A stretch of DNA of 64,000 nt from an uncultured Flavobacteriales bacterium (GCA_937139155.1 CAKZPI010000032.1:44969-108968); one strand, 5' to 3'; counted from the first letter of the stretch, positions 1 to 11,039 are shown. The notes: generated by a model from the sequence alone, not told the origin. Numbers and translations are program-made.

Positions 1-1
1 C

Positions 2-742
2 TTGCTTTATCCAGACATAGACCAATTGATGGAAATCATTGCCAAGCATGAGGTACCCATTGTTTTCACTTCAGCTGGAAATCCAAAAACTTGGACCTCC
101 TTTTTAAAAGAACGGGGCATTACCGTGGTTCATGTGGTTTCCAATGTGAAGTTTGCAAAGAAAGCAGAAGCAGCAGGGGTGGATGCCATTGTTGCGGAAG
201 GCTTTGAAGCAGGCGGACATAATGGGAGAGAAGAGACCACAACCCTTTGCTTGATTCCGATTGTTCGGGAAGCGGTGGATTTACCCTTAATTGCAGCTGG
301 AGGAATTGGTTCAGGAAAAGCCATGCATGCGGCCATTGCTTTGGGTGCCGATGCTGTTCAAGTTGGGTCAAGGTTTGTTACCTCTGAAGAGTCTTCGGCC
401 CATTTGGCCTTTAAAAAAACCGTGGTAGATGCTGAGGAAGGGGCCACCATTTTAACCTTAAAGGAATTGGCTCCCGTTCGGTTGATAAAGAATGGATTTT
501 TCAAAGACCTTCAAGAAGCTTACGCCCGTTGCGCATCTCCAGATGAACTGCGAGAAATTCTGGGAAGAGCACGAGCCAAAAGGGGTATGTTCGAAGGTGA
601 TTTAGAACAAGGAGAACTTGAAATCGGACAGGTTTCTGCCGGAATTCACGAAATCCTTCCCGCCAAGGAAATTGTGAATGAATTCATTCAAGATTTCAAA
701 CATTGCCAAGAGAGAATGGCTAAAATTTCCGCCAGTTTATGA
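2..742 (+). CDS. Nitronate monooxygenase / FabK-like FMN-dependent enoyl-ACP reductase (5' end lies outside the window)
   Basis: The ORF runs from the window edge. It has the TIM-barrel NMO motif 'AAGGIGSGKAMHAAIALGADAVQVGSRF' and 'EAGGH'. Confidence 0.8.
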   Translation: MLYPDIDQLMEIIAKHEVPIVFTSAGNPKTWTSFLKERGITVVHVVSNVKFAKKAEAAGVDAIVAEGFEAGGHNGREETTTLCLIPIVREAVDLPLIAAGGIGSGKAMHAAIALGADAVQVGSRFVTSEESSAHLAFKKTVVDAEEGATILTLKELAPVRLIKNGFFKDLQEAYARCASPDELREILGRARAKRGMFEGDLEQGELEIGQVSAGIHEILPAKEIVNEFIQDFKHCQERMAKISASL

Positions 743-1974
743 TAGAATTTGAGCAGTTTACCCTAGACAACGGGTTGAGGGTGATTCTTTGTCCGGATCA
801 AGCCACCCAAATGGTGACCGTAAACCTTATGTACGATGTTGGAGCCAGGGATGAATCGCCTGAACGCACCGGATTTGCCCATTTATTTGAGCACCTCATG
901 TTTGGAGGAACCCCGGGAATACCTGACTATGATAATTACGTTGAAAAGGCAGGGGGGCAGAACAATGCTTTTACCTCAAATGATTTAACCAATTATTACA
1001 TAAGCCTACCCTCTGCCAACCTTGAAACAGCTCTTTGGCTAGAGGCTGACCGTATGGCTGGATTGGCATTTACTGAAAAAAGCCTAGACGTTCAAAGAAA
1101 GGTGGTGGTAGAGGAATTCAAGCAGAGGTATTTAAATCAACCTTATGGTGATGTTTACCTTTTGATGCGGCCTTTGGCTTTCAAAAAACACCCTTACCAA
1201 TGGCCAACCATCGGTAAAAACATTCAGCACGTAGAAGAGGCAAGCATGCAAGAAGTTAAGGACTTCTTCTACGCGCATTATGCTCCGGCCAATGCGGTTT
1301 TATGTCTTTCAGGAGGTTTTAATTCGGAATCAGCTAAGGCTTTGGTTGAGCATTATTTCGGGCCTATTCCTCCGCGAGATCCCAAACCTAGATTTCTGCC
1401 TGAGGAGCCTAAACAGGACTCGCAACGAAGAATGAGAGTTGAGCGGGATGTTCCGGTTTCAGTACTATATATGGCCTTTCACATGGGAGGCAGACTAGAT
1501 CCTGATTATCCGGCAACCGACCTGCTTTCGGATGTTTTAGGAAACGGTGAGTCGAGTCGGTTGCATAAGGACTTGGTTCAGGAAAAACCATTGTTCAGTT
1601 CCATTTCGGCTTATGTTGGAGGAGACCGAGATCCAGGTCTTTTTTACATCGCGGGGAAACTAAATGATGGGGTAGATTTTGAAACAGCTGAAGCTGGAAT
1701 TTGGGAGTTGATATCCAACCTACAAACTCAAGGAGTTAGTGAGGATGAGCTAAAGAAGGTTAAAAATAAATACTTAACCAATTTCTTGTTTAGTCAGGTA
1801 AAGGGTCTTTCAAAGGCCATTAATCTCTGCTATTATTCCTTATTGGGCGATCCAAATCTTTTGAACGAAACCCAAGTTTGGTATGAAAGGGTTTCCCCTC
1901 AAGATGTTCAAAACATGGCCGCTGAAATCCTACGTGCCGAAAATGTTTCGGTACTTGAATACGCTAAAAAATAA
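739..1974 (+). CDS. M16 family zinc peptidase (pitrilysin/insulinase type), catalytic subunit
   Basis: Inverted zinc motif HxxEH ('HLFEHLMF') near the N-terminus. There is a 4-nt overlap with the upstream stop. Confidence 0.85.
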   Translation: MIEFEQFTLDNGLRVILCPDQATQMVTVNLMYDVGARDESPERTGFAHLFEHLMFGGTPGIPDYDNYVEKAGGQNNAFTSNDLTNYYISLPSANLETALWLEADRMAGLAFTEKSLDVQRKVVVEEFKQRYLNQPYGDVYLLMRPLAFKKHPYQWPTIGKNIQHVEEASMQEVKDFFYAHYAPANAVLCLSGGFNSESAKALVEHYFGPIPPRDPKPRFLPEEPKQDSQRRMRVERDVPVSVLYMAFHMGGRLDPDYPATDLLSDVLGNGESSRLHKDLVQEKPLFSSISAYVGGDRDPGLFYIAGKLNDGVDFETAEAGIWELISNLQTQGVSEDELKKVKNKYLTNFLFSQVKGLSKAINLCYYSLLGDPNLLNETQVWYERVSPQDVQNMAAEILRAENVSVLEYAKK

Positions 1975-1977
1975 AAT

Positions 1978-3228
1978 ATGCAGGCTCCGAAAATCACTGA
2001 TGCCAGCGAATTGAAATTGGCTACCCCTGAAATTCATCACCTCAAATCTGGACAAAGGCTTTGGGTATTGCGTGATCCAGGATTGCCTTTGGTGAAGGCC
2101 CAGTTTCTTTTTCATCACGGATTGGTAGATCAGTACATGCCCATGCTAAACTCTTCTACTTGGTCAAATGCATTTGCCGGAACCAAAAGGCATTCAACCG
2201 AAGATATGGCCTTGAAGCTAGACACCATGGGTTTAATGATGGAAGAGGAGTCTGAGGTGGAATCCTCCGGCTTCACGGTGAATATTCACAACGACTTTTT
2301 TGGAGAGTTTTTAGACCTCTGCTTCGAAGTTTTTGATTCGGCCAATTTTCCGGAATCAGAGCTTCAGAGGTATCGAGAAAGAAGAAGACAATCCTTCCTT
2401 ATAAATAGCCAAAAGGCTTCCATTGTAGCGTCTAGATCTTTCTCAAAGGCCTTTTATGGAGGCCAACACCCCTTGGGCATTCAAGTGACTCCTGAGCATT
2501 TTGACATGCTTAATCAAGATCGATTGAAAAAGCATTGGGAGGAAGAACTTACCCGTGCACCATTGGATGTTCTGGTTAGTGGTAACCCAAAGGAAGAAGA
2601 CTTAGACCGTATTTCTACTTGGATGGAAGGAAGGCAAGTTGATTTTCAACGGAAACCCTTTCCCGAAAGGAATCCCGAGGGAAGTGAAATTACCCAAGAT
2701 TGGGAGAAAGCCATGCAATCGGCTTTGAAGATTGGATTGGAAATGCCCGGGGCTAATCATCCGGATTATGTGGGTTTAAAGTTTACCGTTCAGGTTTTAG
2801 GGGGTTATTTTGGTTCAAGGTTGATGAAAGAGCTGCGTGAAGAAAAGGGCTATACCTATGGAGTTCATGCTGGTTTGGTGAGCAATTCGAAGCTGGGCGT
2901 AATGACCATCCGCACAGAGGTTGGTAAGGAGTTCAGAGAAGAATCTTTAGGGATTATTGAAAAGGAGATCGAAAACCTGGTTGCCCATCCCCCTTTGGAA
3001 GATGAGATTCTTAAGGTTCGAAGATATATGCAAGGTCAGATTTTGGAAGCTGCAGACGGGGTAATGAGCCAGCAAGAACTTTGGAAATCAGCTTGGCAAT
3101 TAGGCCTTCCCGAAGGGCATTTTGAGAACTTTTATTCCAAGCTGAACTCCCTTGATACTCATCAGGTTTTAGCCCTTGCTAACAAGTACTTGAAAGGTAG
3201 AGACTTGACTAAAATCATCATTGGCTAA
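1978..3228 (+). CDS. M16 family peptidase-like protein, non-catalytic partner (no HxxEH motif)
   Basis: Similar length to M16 subunits and starts 3 nt after the catalytic M16 gene. It lacks the zinc motif. Such pairing is typical of Bacteroidota M16 genes. Confidence 0.7.
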   Translation: MQAPKITDASELKLATPEIHHLKSGQRLWVLRDPGLPLVKAQFLFHHGLVDQYMPMLNSSTWSNAFAGTKRHSTEDMALKLDTMGLMMEEESEVESSGFTVNIHNDFFGEFLDLCFEVFDSANFPESELQRYRERRRQSFLINSQKASIVASRSFSKAFYGGQHPLGIQVTPEHFDMLNQDRLKKHWEEELTRAPLDVLVSGNPKEEDLDRISTWMEGRQVDFQRKPFPERNPEGSEITQDWEKAMQSALKIGLEMPGANHPDYVGLKFTVQVLGGYFGSRLMKELREEKGYTYGVHAGLVSNSKLGVMTIRTEVGKEFREESLGIIEKEIENLVAHPPLEDEILKVRRYMQGQILEAADGVMSQQELWKSAWQLGLPEGHFENFYSKLNSLDTHQVLALANKYLKGRDLTKIIIG

Positions 3229-3278
3229 TCCCTTATGTTTTCTTAACTTGTGGCCGTTTCTGAAACGAAAACATTGCC

Positions 3279-6200
3279 ATGATAAAATTATTTCGTTGGG
3301 TAGGTGTCGCCCTACTTACCCTTTTTATTGTCCCTACCAACGCCTCTCACTTAATGGGTGGGGAGATTACTTGGGAATGCCTTCCCACAGGTCAGTTTAA
3401 GTTTTACATGTCGGTTTACCGAGATTGTAATGGTATTTCTGGCCCCACAACGGCTAGTTTAGATGTGGCTGGCGTTCCTGGTGTAGGTTCAATTCCGCTT
3501 AACTTTTTAGGGTCTTCGGATATTTCTCCAGATTGTTATGATCCCAACCAGCAGATTACTTGTAATACAGGTGGTGATGGAGCAGTAGAAGAGTTTTTAT
3601 TTGAGTCAAACCCCGTTTTTTTGAATGGAACACCTCCTCCAACAGGTTGGTGGTTCTCATGGCAGTCTTGCTGTAGAAATTCAGCCATTACCAATTTGCA
3701 AAGTCCCGGATCACAAGGTTTTACCCTAAGGGCGGGAATGTTTCCTTACAATGGTCAAAACATGAATCCATGTTATGATTCTTCTCCTTCTTTCTTAGAA
3801 AAGCCCAATACAATTCTTTGTACTGGCTATCCATTTGAGTACAACAACAATGGTGCAGACCCAGACCTTGACTCTCTTGTTTTTTCTTGGGGGCAACCTT
3901 TGGATGATTATACTGGAACCTTTTCCCCAAATGGAGTAAATCCTGCCAATCTTGCTTTTCAAAGCGGATATAGCCATTCTAGTCCTTTACCAAGCTCTAC
4001 CCAAGATCCAAGAAATACAGCTGCTACGGTAGACCCAATTACAGGAAATGTGGCCTATGAATCTTACACTCCTGGAAATTTCGTGACCGTACTGAAAATT
4101 GAATCCTACAAATGTGGTATCAAAGTTGCCGAAATTTACAGGGAGATTCAGGTAATCCTTCTTGGAAATTGTGGACAAAATACTCCGCCTACCGTTACTG
4201 CACCCTTCCAAGATGCAAATGGGAATTACACGGAGTATGTGGATACGGTTTATGCCGGTGAAACGGTTCAATTTACTATGTCTGGTACGGACTATGAAAC
4301 CCTTCCAAATGGATTTCCTCAAACCATGCAGATTCAGGCATCAGGAGGTCAGTTTGGAAACAACTACACGGATCCAAATGCGGGTTGTTATGAGCCCCCA
4401 TGTGCTACCTTGAATCCTCCACCTCCGGCCACTGGCCAAATAGGGGTGTCTACAACATTTACATGGAATACAGATTGTTCCAACCTCTCCTATACCAATG
4501 GTTGCGGGTCAACCTCAAATACTTATAATTTCGTAATCAAAGTACTTGATGACTGGTGTCCGGCACCTGCCATTAATTTCTCGTCCATTACCATTGTGGT
4601 CTTAACCCTTCCGGTAGATCCTCCAACTTTAAGATGTGCCAATTTGGTGAATGGAGTTCCAAGCCTTGAGTGGACCCCGGCAGTGGATACGGGTAATTTC
4701 TTTGACTCTTACCATGTTTTTCACTCAAGCTCCTATGATGGGCCTTATACTGTGGTTGACTCTATTTTTGATATTAGCGTTAGCAATGTGAATTACCCAA
4801 GTTTGACTGGAGGTTATTTTTATGTTCAGTCTAGAAACAATTGCGGGTCATTAACTAAGCCTTCTGATACCATTTCGGTTCTTGAATTACAGGCGCAAAA
4901 TTTAACGACACAGGTGGGCGAGCTTAGTTGGAACTCGTTCTCAGAGGATTTCACGGAAACCTCTCATTTGAAATATGATATTTATCGAGAAATTCCTGCG
5001 GGGTCAGGAAACTGGAATTTAGCAACTTCTACCTTAGATACCTTCTACATTGATACCCTAGCCCTTTGCGGGGAAGATGTGGGCTATAGAGTTGCGGTGG
5101 AGGATAGCAGTGGCTGTTCTTCCATTACCAATGAAATGATCCTTCGATACGAAGATTTAATTGCTCCAGCTATTGTGGATAATGATTTTGTAACCGTTGA
5201 TCATGGTGCAGGAAATAAGGCCAGCATTGAATGGGGACAAGCTCCTGAACCAGATGCTATTGGCTATGTGATTTACCAACTTTTGGGAGGGAACTGGGTG
5301 GCCATTGATACCCTCTTTGACCCAAGCATGACCGTTTACACGAATGCCAATTCCAATGCAGGGTCAAATCCAGAAACTTATCGAATTGCAGCTTTGGATT
5401 CTTGTTACAATATCTCTCCCATGAATCTTGAGCATACCACCATGCACCTGAGCAATTTAATGGACCCTTGCGCCAATGAGAACCTATTAGACTGGAATGA
5501 ATATGTGAACTGGCCAGATAGTGTTGGCATTTATAATGTTTTGGTTTCAGAAAATGGCGGACCGTTTAATCTATTGGCGTCTACGGCTCCTACAACCACT
5601 GAACTGCAGCATAATAATTTGGTGACCGGAAACCAGTACTGCTATTATATTGAAGCCTTCAATCAAGATTCAACCCTTAAATCCTATTCAAATCAGTTTT
5701 GCTTCACGGCTGCTCTTCCTACCCCTCCAACTTTTGATTATTTGGAATATGTTACCGTATTAGGCGACCAGGTAGAAACTAGATCCTTTGTGGATACCGC
5801 GGCAGATGTGACCAAATATAGAATTGAAAGAGCTGTTGATCAACCGGTAGGATACCAATACCTAGGAGTTGTTCCAGTAACTGGGCCGCAAATTGATTTC
5901 ACCGATCTAACCGCCAAGGTGAACGAGCATTCCTATTATTATCGGGCCATTGCCATTGATACCTGCGGAATGCCAACGGATACGTCCAATTTAGGTAGAA
6001 CCATATTGGTGCATACGGAGGCCCAATCGGATATGACCAATATTATTGAATGGAATCCTTATGCAGATTGGGATGCAGGTGTAGGCTATTATGAGGTTTA
6101 CAGAGCCGTTCAAGGTGTTTGGGACCCGAATCCTATTGCCGTACTAAGCTCTTCGGTAAATGCCTATGAAGACCAAGTAGGAGAGTTTTCTCAAACCTCT

Positions 6201-6572
6201 GGTGAGTTCTGTTATCAGATAAGAGCGGTAGAGGATAATGGCAATTCTTATAATTTGCTTGGTACTAGTTACTCCAATGAGGCATGTGCCAAGCAAGAAC
6301 CAAGGATTTTTGTACCGAATGCCTTTACGCCCAATGGTAAAAACCCAATTTTCAAACCGAATACAACCTTTGTTGACCCGGCTTTCTATAAGTTCTCGGT
6401 ATTTGACCGTTGGGGACAAGAATTGTTTTATACGGAGGATCCAAACCAGGGATGGGACGGAACCTTTATGGGGGAAGAGCTTCCATTGGCTGTGTATATC
6501 TACTACGTGCAGAGTCAAACCCTTGACGGTGAGCCCATAGAGATAACAGGATCAATTACCCTAATCCGGTAA
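3279..6572 (+). CDS. Large secreted surface protein with a T9SS type-B (gliding motility-associated, CHU_C) C-terminal sorting domain
   Basis: Signal peptide present. N-terminal 'SHLMGGEITWEC' module. C-terminus 'FVPNAFTPNGKNPIFKP...FDRWGQELF...GWDG' matches the type-B CTD. Confidence 0.8.
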   Translation: MIKLFRWVGVALLTLFIVPTNASHLMGGEITWECLPTGQFKFYMSVYRDCNGISGPTTASLDVAGVPGVGSIPLNFLGSSDISPDCYDPNQQITCNTGGDGAVEEFLFESNPVFLNGTPPPTGWWFSWQSCCRNSAITNLQSPGSQGFTLRAGMFPYNGQNMNPCYDSSPSFLEKPNTILCTGYPFEYNNNGADPDLDSLVFSWGQPLDDYTGTFSPNGVNPANLAFQSGYSHSSPLPSSTQDPRNTAATVDPITGNVAYESYTPGNFVTVLKIESYKCGIKVAEIYREIQVILLGNCGQNTPPTVTAPFQDANGNYTEYVDTVYAGETVQFTMSGTDYETLPNGFPQTMQIQASGGQFGNNYTDPNAGCYEPPCATLNPPPPATGQIGVSTTFTWNTDCSNLSYTNGCGSTSNTYNFVIKVLDDWCPAPAINFSSITIVVLTLPVDPPTLRCANLVNGVPSLEWTPAVDTGNFFDSYHVFHSSSYDGPYTVVDSIFDISVSNVNYPSLTGGYFYVQSRNNCGSLTKPSDTISVLELQAQNLTTQVGELSWNSFSEDFTETSHLKYDIYREIPAGSGNWNLATSTLDTFYIDTLALCGEDVGYRVAVEDSSGCSSITNEMILRYEDLIAPAIVDNDFVTVDHGAGNKASIEWGQAPEPDAIGYVIYQLLGGNWVAIDTLFDPSMTVYTNANSNAGSNPETYRIAALDSCYNISPMNLEHTTMHLSNLMDPCANENLLDWNEYVNWPDSVGIYNVLVSENGGPFNLLASTAPTTTELQHNNLVTGNQYCYYIEAFNQDSTLKSYSNQFCFTAALPTPPTFDYLEYVTVLGDQVETRSFVDTAADVTKYRIERAVDQPVGYQYLGVVPVTGPQIDFTDLTAKVNEHSYYYRAIAIDTCGMPTDTSNLGRTILVHTEAQSDMTNIIEWNPYADWDAGVGYYEVYRAVQGVWDPNPIAVLSSSVNAYEDQVGEFSQTSGEFCYQIRAVEDNGNSYNLLGTSYSNEACAKQEPRIFVPNAFTPNGKNPIFKPNTTFVDPAFYKFSVFDRWGQELFYTEDPNQGWDGTFMGEELPLAVYIYYVQSQTLDGEPIEITGSITLIR

Positions 6573-6594
6573 TCGATAAATTAAGAATTTAGAA

Positions 6595-6620
6595 AGGTGA
6601 ACTTCGGTTCGCCTTTTTTT
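6595..6620 (+). terminator. Intrinsic terminator after the T9SS cargo gene
   Basis: 8-bp stem AGGTGAAC/GTTCGCCT (one G-U pair), TTCG tetraloop, then T7. Confidence 0.7.
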
Positions 6621-6681
6621 ATGCCTAGATTTGCAGAAAATTATCCTTTCGTAAGAATTAAAATACCACGTTTAGATTTCG

Positions 6682-6689
6682 TATTTTTG
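6682..6689 (+). promoter_or_regulatory. Candidate Bacteroidota -7 promoter box (TAnnTTTG) for guaB
   Basis: 'TATTTTTG' lies 37 nt upstream of the guaB ATG. No clear -33 TTTG. Confidence 0.35.
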
Positions 6690-6725
6690 CGCGCAATTCA
6701 AACGCAATTGCAAAACCAGCCTCCT

Positions 6726-8198
6726 ATGTCGTTTTATCAAGATAAAGTGCTAGGCGAAGGACTCACATACGATGATGTCCTGCTTGTACCAGACTATTCA
6801 GAAGTCCTTCCCAGAGATGTTTCAACACGAACTCGGTTCTCACGAAACATTGAACTAAAACTGCCCATTGTATCCGCAGCTATGGATACCGTGACCGAAT
6901 ACCAAATGGCGATTGCCATGGCCCAGGAAGGGGGGATTGGTGTGCTTCACAAAAACATGACCATTGAAGATCAGGCCTATCACGTTCAAAAGGTGAAAAG
7001 GTCTGAGAATGGAATGATTTTAGACCCTGTAACTCTTGGGGTTGAGGCTGTTGTTAAAGATGCTCAATCCATGATGCGTGAGTATAAAATTGGAGGGATT
7101 CCTGTGGTTGCTGAAGATCAGACCTTGGTAGGAATTGTAACCAATAGAGACCTTCGATTTGAAAAAAATCCGGGCCGACCCATTTCGGAGGTCATGACCA
7201 AAGAAAACCTTATCACCACCAAAGAAGACACCTCACTTGAACATGCTGAAGACATTCTTCAAGAGCATAAAATTGAGAAACTTCCTGTGGTTGACGGACA
7301 GAATAAACTAATAGGGTTAATCACTTACCGTGACATCATCAAGGTAAAAGAGCGCCCCAATTCATGCAAAGACGCTTTTGGCCGACTTAGAGTAGCTGCT
7401 GCCGTTGGTGTTACCATGGATGTGGTTGACCGAGTTTCTGCCTTGGTGAAAGCCGGTGTAGATGCCGTTGTTATTGATACAGCTCATGGCCATACCCGCG
7501 GGGTGGTTGAAACCTTGAAAAAGGTGAAAAAAGCTTTTCCTGACCTAGACTGTGTGGTAGGTAATATTGCCACTGCTTCAGCTGCTGAGTATTTATACAA
7601 AGCCGGAGCCGATGGAATTAAAGTTGGAATTGGACCGGGTTCAATCTGTACGACCCGTGTGATTGCGGGCGTTGGTGTTCCTCAGCTAAGTGCGGTAATG
7701 GACGTGGCTCATGCTATGAAAGGAAAAGGAGTTCCGGTAATTGCTGATGGTGGAATTCGATTTACTGGGGATATTGTGAAAGCCATCGCAGCAGGTGCGG
7801 ACTCAGTTATGTTGGGATCTCTGCTAGCAGGTGTTGAGCAAAGTCCTGGTGAAACCATTATTTACGAAGGAAGAAAGTATAAATCATACCGAGGCATGGG
7901 GTCTATTGATGCCATGCAAAAAGGTTCCAAAGACCGATACTTCCAAGATGCCGAAGATGACATCAAGAAACTGGTGCCAGAAGGAATCGTAGGAAGAGTG
8001 GCCTATAAAGGAACCCTTACTGAGGTTATGTATCAATTTGTTGGCGGATTGAAAGCCGGAATGGGGTATTGCGGATCTAAGGATGTAGAAACTCTTAAAG
8101 AGCATGCCAAATTTGTGCGAATTACCTCTGCCGGGGTACATGAATCTCACCCCCACGATGTGACCATTACAAGAGAGGCTCCAAATTATAGCCGTTGA
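6726..8198 (+). CDS. guaB: IMP dehydrogenase
   Basis: '[10 protein letters not shown]' N-terminus, CBS pair, and catalytic loop '[11 protein letters not shown]'. I moved the start to ATG 6726 because the ORF-track start at 6597 overlaps the upstream terminator. Confidence 0.95.
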   Translation: MSFYQDKVLGEGLTYDDVLLVPDYSEVLPRDVSTRTRFSRNIELKLPIVSAAMDTVTEYQMAIAMAQEGGIGVLHKNMTIEDQAYHVQKVKRSENGMILDPVTLGVEAVVKDAQSMMREYKIGGIPVVAEDQTLVGIVTNRDLRFEKNPGRPISEVMTKENLITTKEDTSLEHAEDILQEHKIEKLPVVDGQNKLIGLITYRDIIKVKERPNSCKDAFGRLRVAAAVGVTMDVVDRVSALVKAGVDAVVIDTAHGHTRGVVETLKKVKKAFPDLDCVVGNIATASAAEYLYKAGADGIKVGIGPGSICTTRVIAGVGVPQLSAVMDVAHAMKGKGVPVIADGGIRFTGDIVKAIAAGADSVMLGSLLAGVEQSPGETIIYEGRKYKSYRGMGSIDAMQKGSKDRYFQDAEDDIKKLVPEGIVGRVAYKGTLTEVMYQFVGGLKAGMGYCGSKDVETLKEHAKFVRITSAGVHESHPHDVTITREAPNYSR

Positions 8199-8244
8199 TC
8201 AATCTTTATTATTTTCGGGACCCTAATTTAAACAACCAAGGACC

Positions 8245-10185
8245 ATGAGGAAACTATGGCTTTTTTGCATTTCTGTTTTTTGTTCTTTCTCTCTGCTTGC
8301 GCAGGATGAAGACCCTACCATAATTCGAATTCAGGATTGGGAAATCCCCCTCTCTGAATTCATGTCGGTTTATTCAAAAAACGCTAAGGCTGAAGGTGAA
8401 ATAGACCAACAAGCTGTAAAAGAGTACTTAGATCTCTACTTGAATTTTAAACTCAAGGTTTACCACGCCAAAGAAATGGGCTTGGATACGAATCCGGAGT
8501 TTATCCGAGAACTACGTGGCTACAGAAATCAACTCGCTAAACCTTACCTTACCGATAATGAGGTTACCGAGTTTTTGATTGACCAAGCCTATGAGCGAAT
8601 GCAATCTGAGGTTCGTGCCCAGCACATCTTAATCCGGCTTCCAGAAACTCCGAGTCCGAGAGACACGCTCGAAGCCTTCAATGAAATCATGAAAATCCGG
8701 AAAGAGATTTCTGGAGGATTAGATTTTACCGAAGCTGCCTTGAAATACAGCGAAGACCCATCGGTTAGTAAGAATGACGGAGACCTGGGCTTTTTCTCAG
8801 CCCTCTATATGGTCTACCCTTTTGAAAACGCTGCTTACAATGCAGAAATTGGTGAGGTTTCAGAACCGGTTCGTACTCGTTTTGGTTACCACTTGGTGAA
8901 AGTTACCGGAAAAAGACCTGCCCAAGGTGAGGTGCTTGTTGCTCATATCATGATTCGTCCTGAAAAAAAGAACAATCCTGAATCCATTGAGCTTGCCCGA
9001 GATAAGGCAAATGAGATTTATGCGAAATTAATGGAAGGGGCTGATTTTACGGAGATGGTTAAAGCCTATTCTGAAGACCGGGGATCCCTTCCGAAGAATG
9101 GAGAACTTCCTTGGTTTGGCACCAACGTAATGGTTGAGTCCTTTGAAGAAGCTGCCTTCGCCCTTGAGGAAAAAGGAGACATTTCCCGTCCGGTGAAAAC
9201 CGAGTTCGGATTCCACATCATAAAACTAATCGACCGAAAAGGAATTAAGCCTTTGGAGGAGATCCGTTATGAGTTAAAGCAAAAAATTGAAAAGGATAGC
9301 CGGTCGTCTTTGAGTCGTACCAAGTTGATTAAATCCTTGAAAGATGAGTACGGTTATAAGAAGTATAGTTCTCGGGTGAAAGCCCTGGCGTCTTATTTGG
9401 ATGAATCTTATTATTCCGGACAGTGGAAGGCGGACGAGGCCATGAAATTGAACAAGGTGGTTTTCACCATTGGAGATTCAACCTATACCCAAAAAGACTT
9501 CGCCCGGTACCTATTCGTTCAGCAAGTAAGAACCGGAAATAGAATGCCCTTCGATCTTGTTGTGCACCGGAAATTCAAGGAGTTTGAAGAGGAGAAAATC
9601 ATTGATTACGAAAACGCCCTTCTTGAAGAGAAGTATCCTAGATTTAAGAACCTCATGCGGGAATACCACGAAGGAATTCTCCTTTTTGAAATTTCCGATC
9701 AAATGGTTTGGTCAAAAGCTTCGGCCGATACAGCCGGACTCATGGATTATTACGAGTCGATCAAATCTAAATTCATGTGGCCTGAAAGAGTGGATGCAGT
9801 TGTTGTTACCTGTCAAAATGCAAAAAGTGCTAAAAAAGCGAGAAGGTATTTAAAGAAAGGAAAGAGTTTAGAGTGGATCAACGCCAAACTAAATCAAAAC
9901 AGCCAGTTGAACTTCTCCTATGAACAAGATCTTTATGCCAAGGGAGACAATAAATGGGTAGACTCCATGCCTTGGACCGAAACCGTATCTGAGGTTAAAG
10001 AGGATGGTGAAAACTACAAGGTTGTCTACATCCGTGAAAACTTAGAACCTGCCCCAAAAGAGCTAAAAGAAATCCGCGGGATTGTTATATCTGAATACCA
10101 GGCTGTTTTGGAAAAACAATGGGTAGAGAAATTGCGTTCTACCTATACTTGGGAAACCTATCCTGAATTAATTGATGCATTATAA
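8245..10185 (+). CDS. Periplasmic peptidyl-prolyl isomerase, parvulin/PpiC type with two rotamase domains (PpiD/SurA-like chaperone)
   Basis: Signal peptide present. Two parvulin signatures: 'AQHILI...GDLGFF...FGYHLVKV' and 'VAHIMI...GELPWF...FGFHIIKL'. Confidence 0.8.
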   Translation: MRKLWLFCISVFCSFSLLAQDEDPTIIRIQDWEIPLSEFMSVYSKNAKAEGEIDQQAVKEYLDLYLNFKLKVYHAKEMGLDTNPEFIRELRGYRNQLAKPYLTDNEVTEFLIDQAYERMQSEVRAQHILIRLPETPSPRDTLEAFNEIMKIRKEISGGLDFTEAALKYSEDPSVSKNDGDLGFFSALYMVYPFENAAYNAEIGEVSEPVRTRFGYHLVKVTGKRPAQGEVLVAHIMIRPEKKNNPESIELARDKANEIYAKLMEGADFTEMVKAYSEDRGSLPKNGELPWFGTNVMVESFEEAAFALEEKGDISRPVKTEFGFHIIKLIDRKGIKPLEEIRYELKQKIEKDSRSSLSRTKLIKSLKDEYGYKKYSSRVKALASYLDESYYSGQWKADEAMKLNKVVFTIGDSTYTQKDFARYLFVQQVRTGNRMPFDLVVHRKFKEFEEEKIIDYENALLEEKYPRFKNLMREYHEGILLFEISDQMVWSKASADTAGLMDYYESIKSKFMWPERVDAVVVTCQNAKSAKKARRYLKKGKSLEWINAKLNQNSQLNFSYEQDLYAKGDNKWVDSMPWTETVSEVKEDGENYKVVYIRENLEPAPKELKEIRGIVISEYQAVLEKQWVEKLRSTYTWETYPELIDAL

Positions 10186-11038
10186 ATTGAATAAACATAT
10201 CCTAATTTTCCTTGCGGCACTAAGCTTGGGTTCATGTAAGTACTTTGAGCCTGCAAAAAAAGATAAGCACGTGGCAAGGGTGTACGATAAATATCTAAAT
10301 GCCTCTGACCTTAATGAAGCTTATCCTGGTGATATGCCCAAGGAGGACTCCATTCAGTGGGTACAGGGTTTCATCAACCTCTGGGGGAAAGAGCAGTTGG
10401 TTTTGCAAAAGGCAGAGTTAAACCTTACCGAAGAGCAAAAAGATGTAGAGCAGCAAATTCGCGAGTATAGGAATTCCTTAATTCGACATATTTACGAGCA
10501 AAACCTTGTAAAGCAAAAGCTAGATACCTCAGTTTCTCAATCGGAAATTCGCGATTATTACGAGGAGAACCATCATGTTTTCCCTTTAAGGGAGGGAATT
10601 ATGAGGTCTATTTATGTGGTTGTGGATCAAGGGGCACCTAGGATTGAAGAATTGAGGCAAGCCCTTTATTTACGGCTTCCAGGAGACCTGTATACCTTGG
10701 AAGATTATTGCCGGCAATACGCCAGTAAATACCAACTGAATGACTCCATTTGGATTTCAGTTTCAGATCTAAGAGCGGAGATTCCAGGTTTTGAAATAAA
10801 TCCTAACCCCAGTCGTTTCTACGAACAAAATCCATTGGTAGAATTAGCCGATAGCCAAAAGGTCTATTTCATTCATGTTAAGGAGTATATCCCTGAAGGG
10901 GAGTTGGCTCCCTTGAAATATGTGAGCAATAAAATTCGGGAGATCATAGTTCACCACAGAAAAATAAACCTATTGAAGACCGTAGAAAATTCCTTATTTG
11001 AAGACGCGGTTCGGAAAAATCATTTTGAAATATACTAG
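10175..11038 (+). CDS. Hypothetical lipoprotein (SurA-N/chaperone-like) between two parvulin genes
   Basis: Lipobox 'ALSLGSC'. It overlaps the upstream gene's stop. No catalytic motif recognised. Confidence 0.5.
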   Translation: MHYKLNKHILIFLAALSLGSCKYFEPAKKDKHVARVYDKYLNASDLNEAYPGDMPKEDSIQWVQGFINLWGKEQLVLQKAELNLTEEQKDVEQQIREYRNSLIRHIYEQNLVKQKLDTSVSQSEIRDYYEENHHVFPLREGIMRSIYVVVDQGAPRIEELRQALYLRLPGDLYTLEDYCRQYASKYQLNDSIWISVSDLRAEIPGFEINPNPSRFYEQNPLVELADSQKVYFIHVKEYIPEGELAPLKYVSNKIREIIVHHRKINLLKTVENSLFEDAVRKNHFEIY

Positions 11039-11039
11039 G

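Noticed and set aside
3255-3267. 6-1-6 palindrome CGTTTC-T-GAAACG, 12 nt upstream of the large T9SS cargo gene
   Set aside because: It is short, could arise by chance, and I saw no second copy in the window. Not enough support to report as an operator.
6597-6725. N-terminal 43-codon extension of guaB in the ORF track. Similar upstream extensions exist for the ORFs starting at 10998, 44028, 46217, 50550, 53409, 53432, 58287, 62002 and 14556.
   Set aside because: The extensions overlap terminators, promoter boxes or neighbouring genes. They precede obvious signal peptides or conserved N-termini. Internal ATG starts give canonical protein N-termini.
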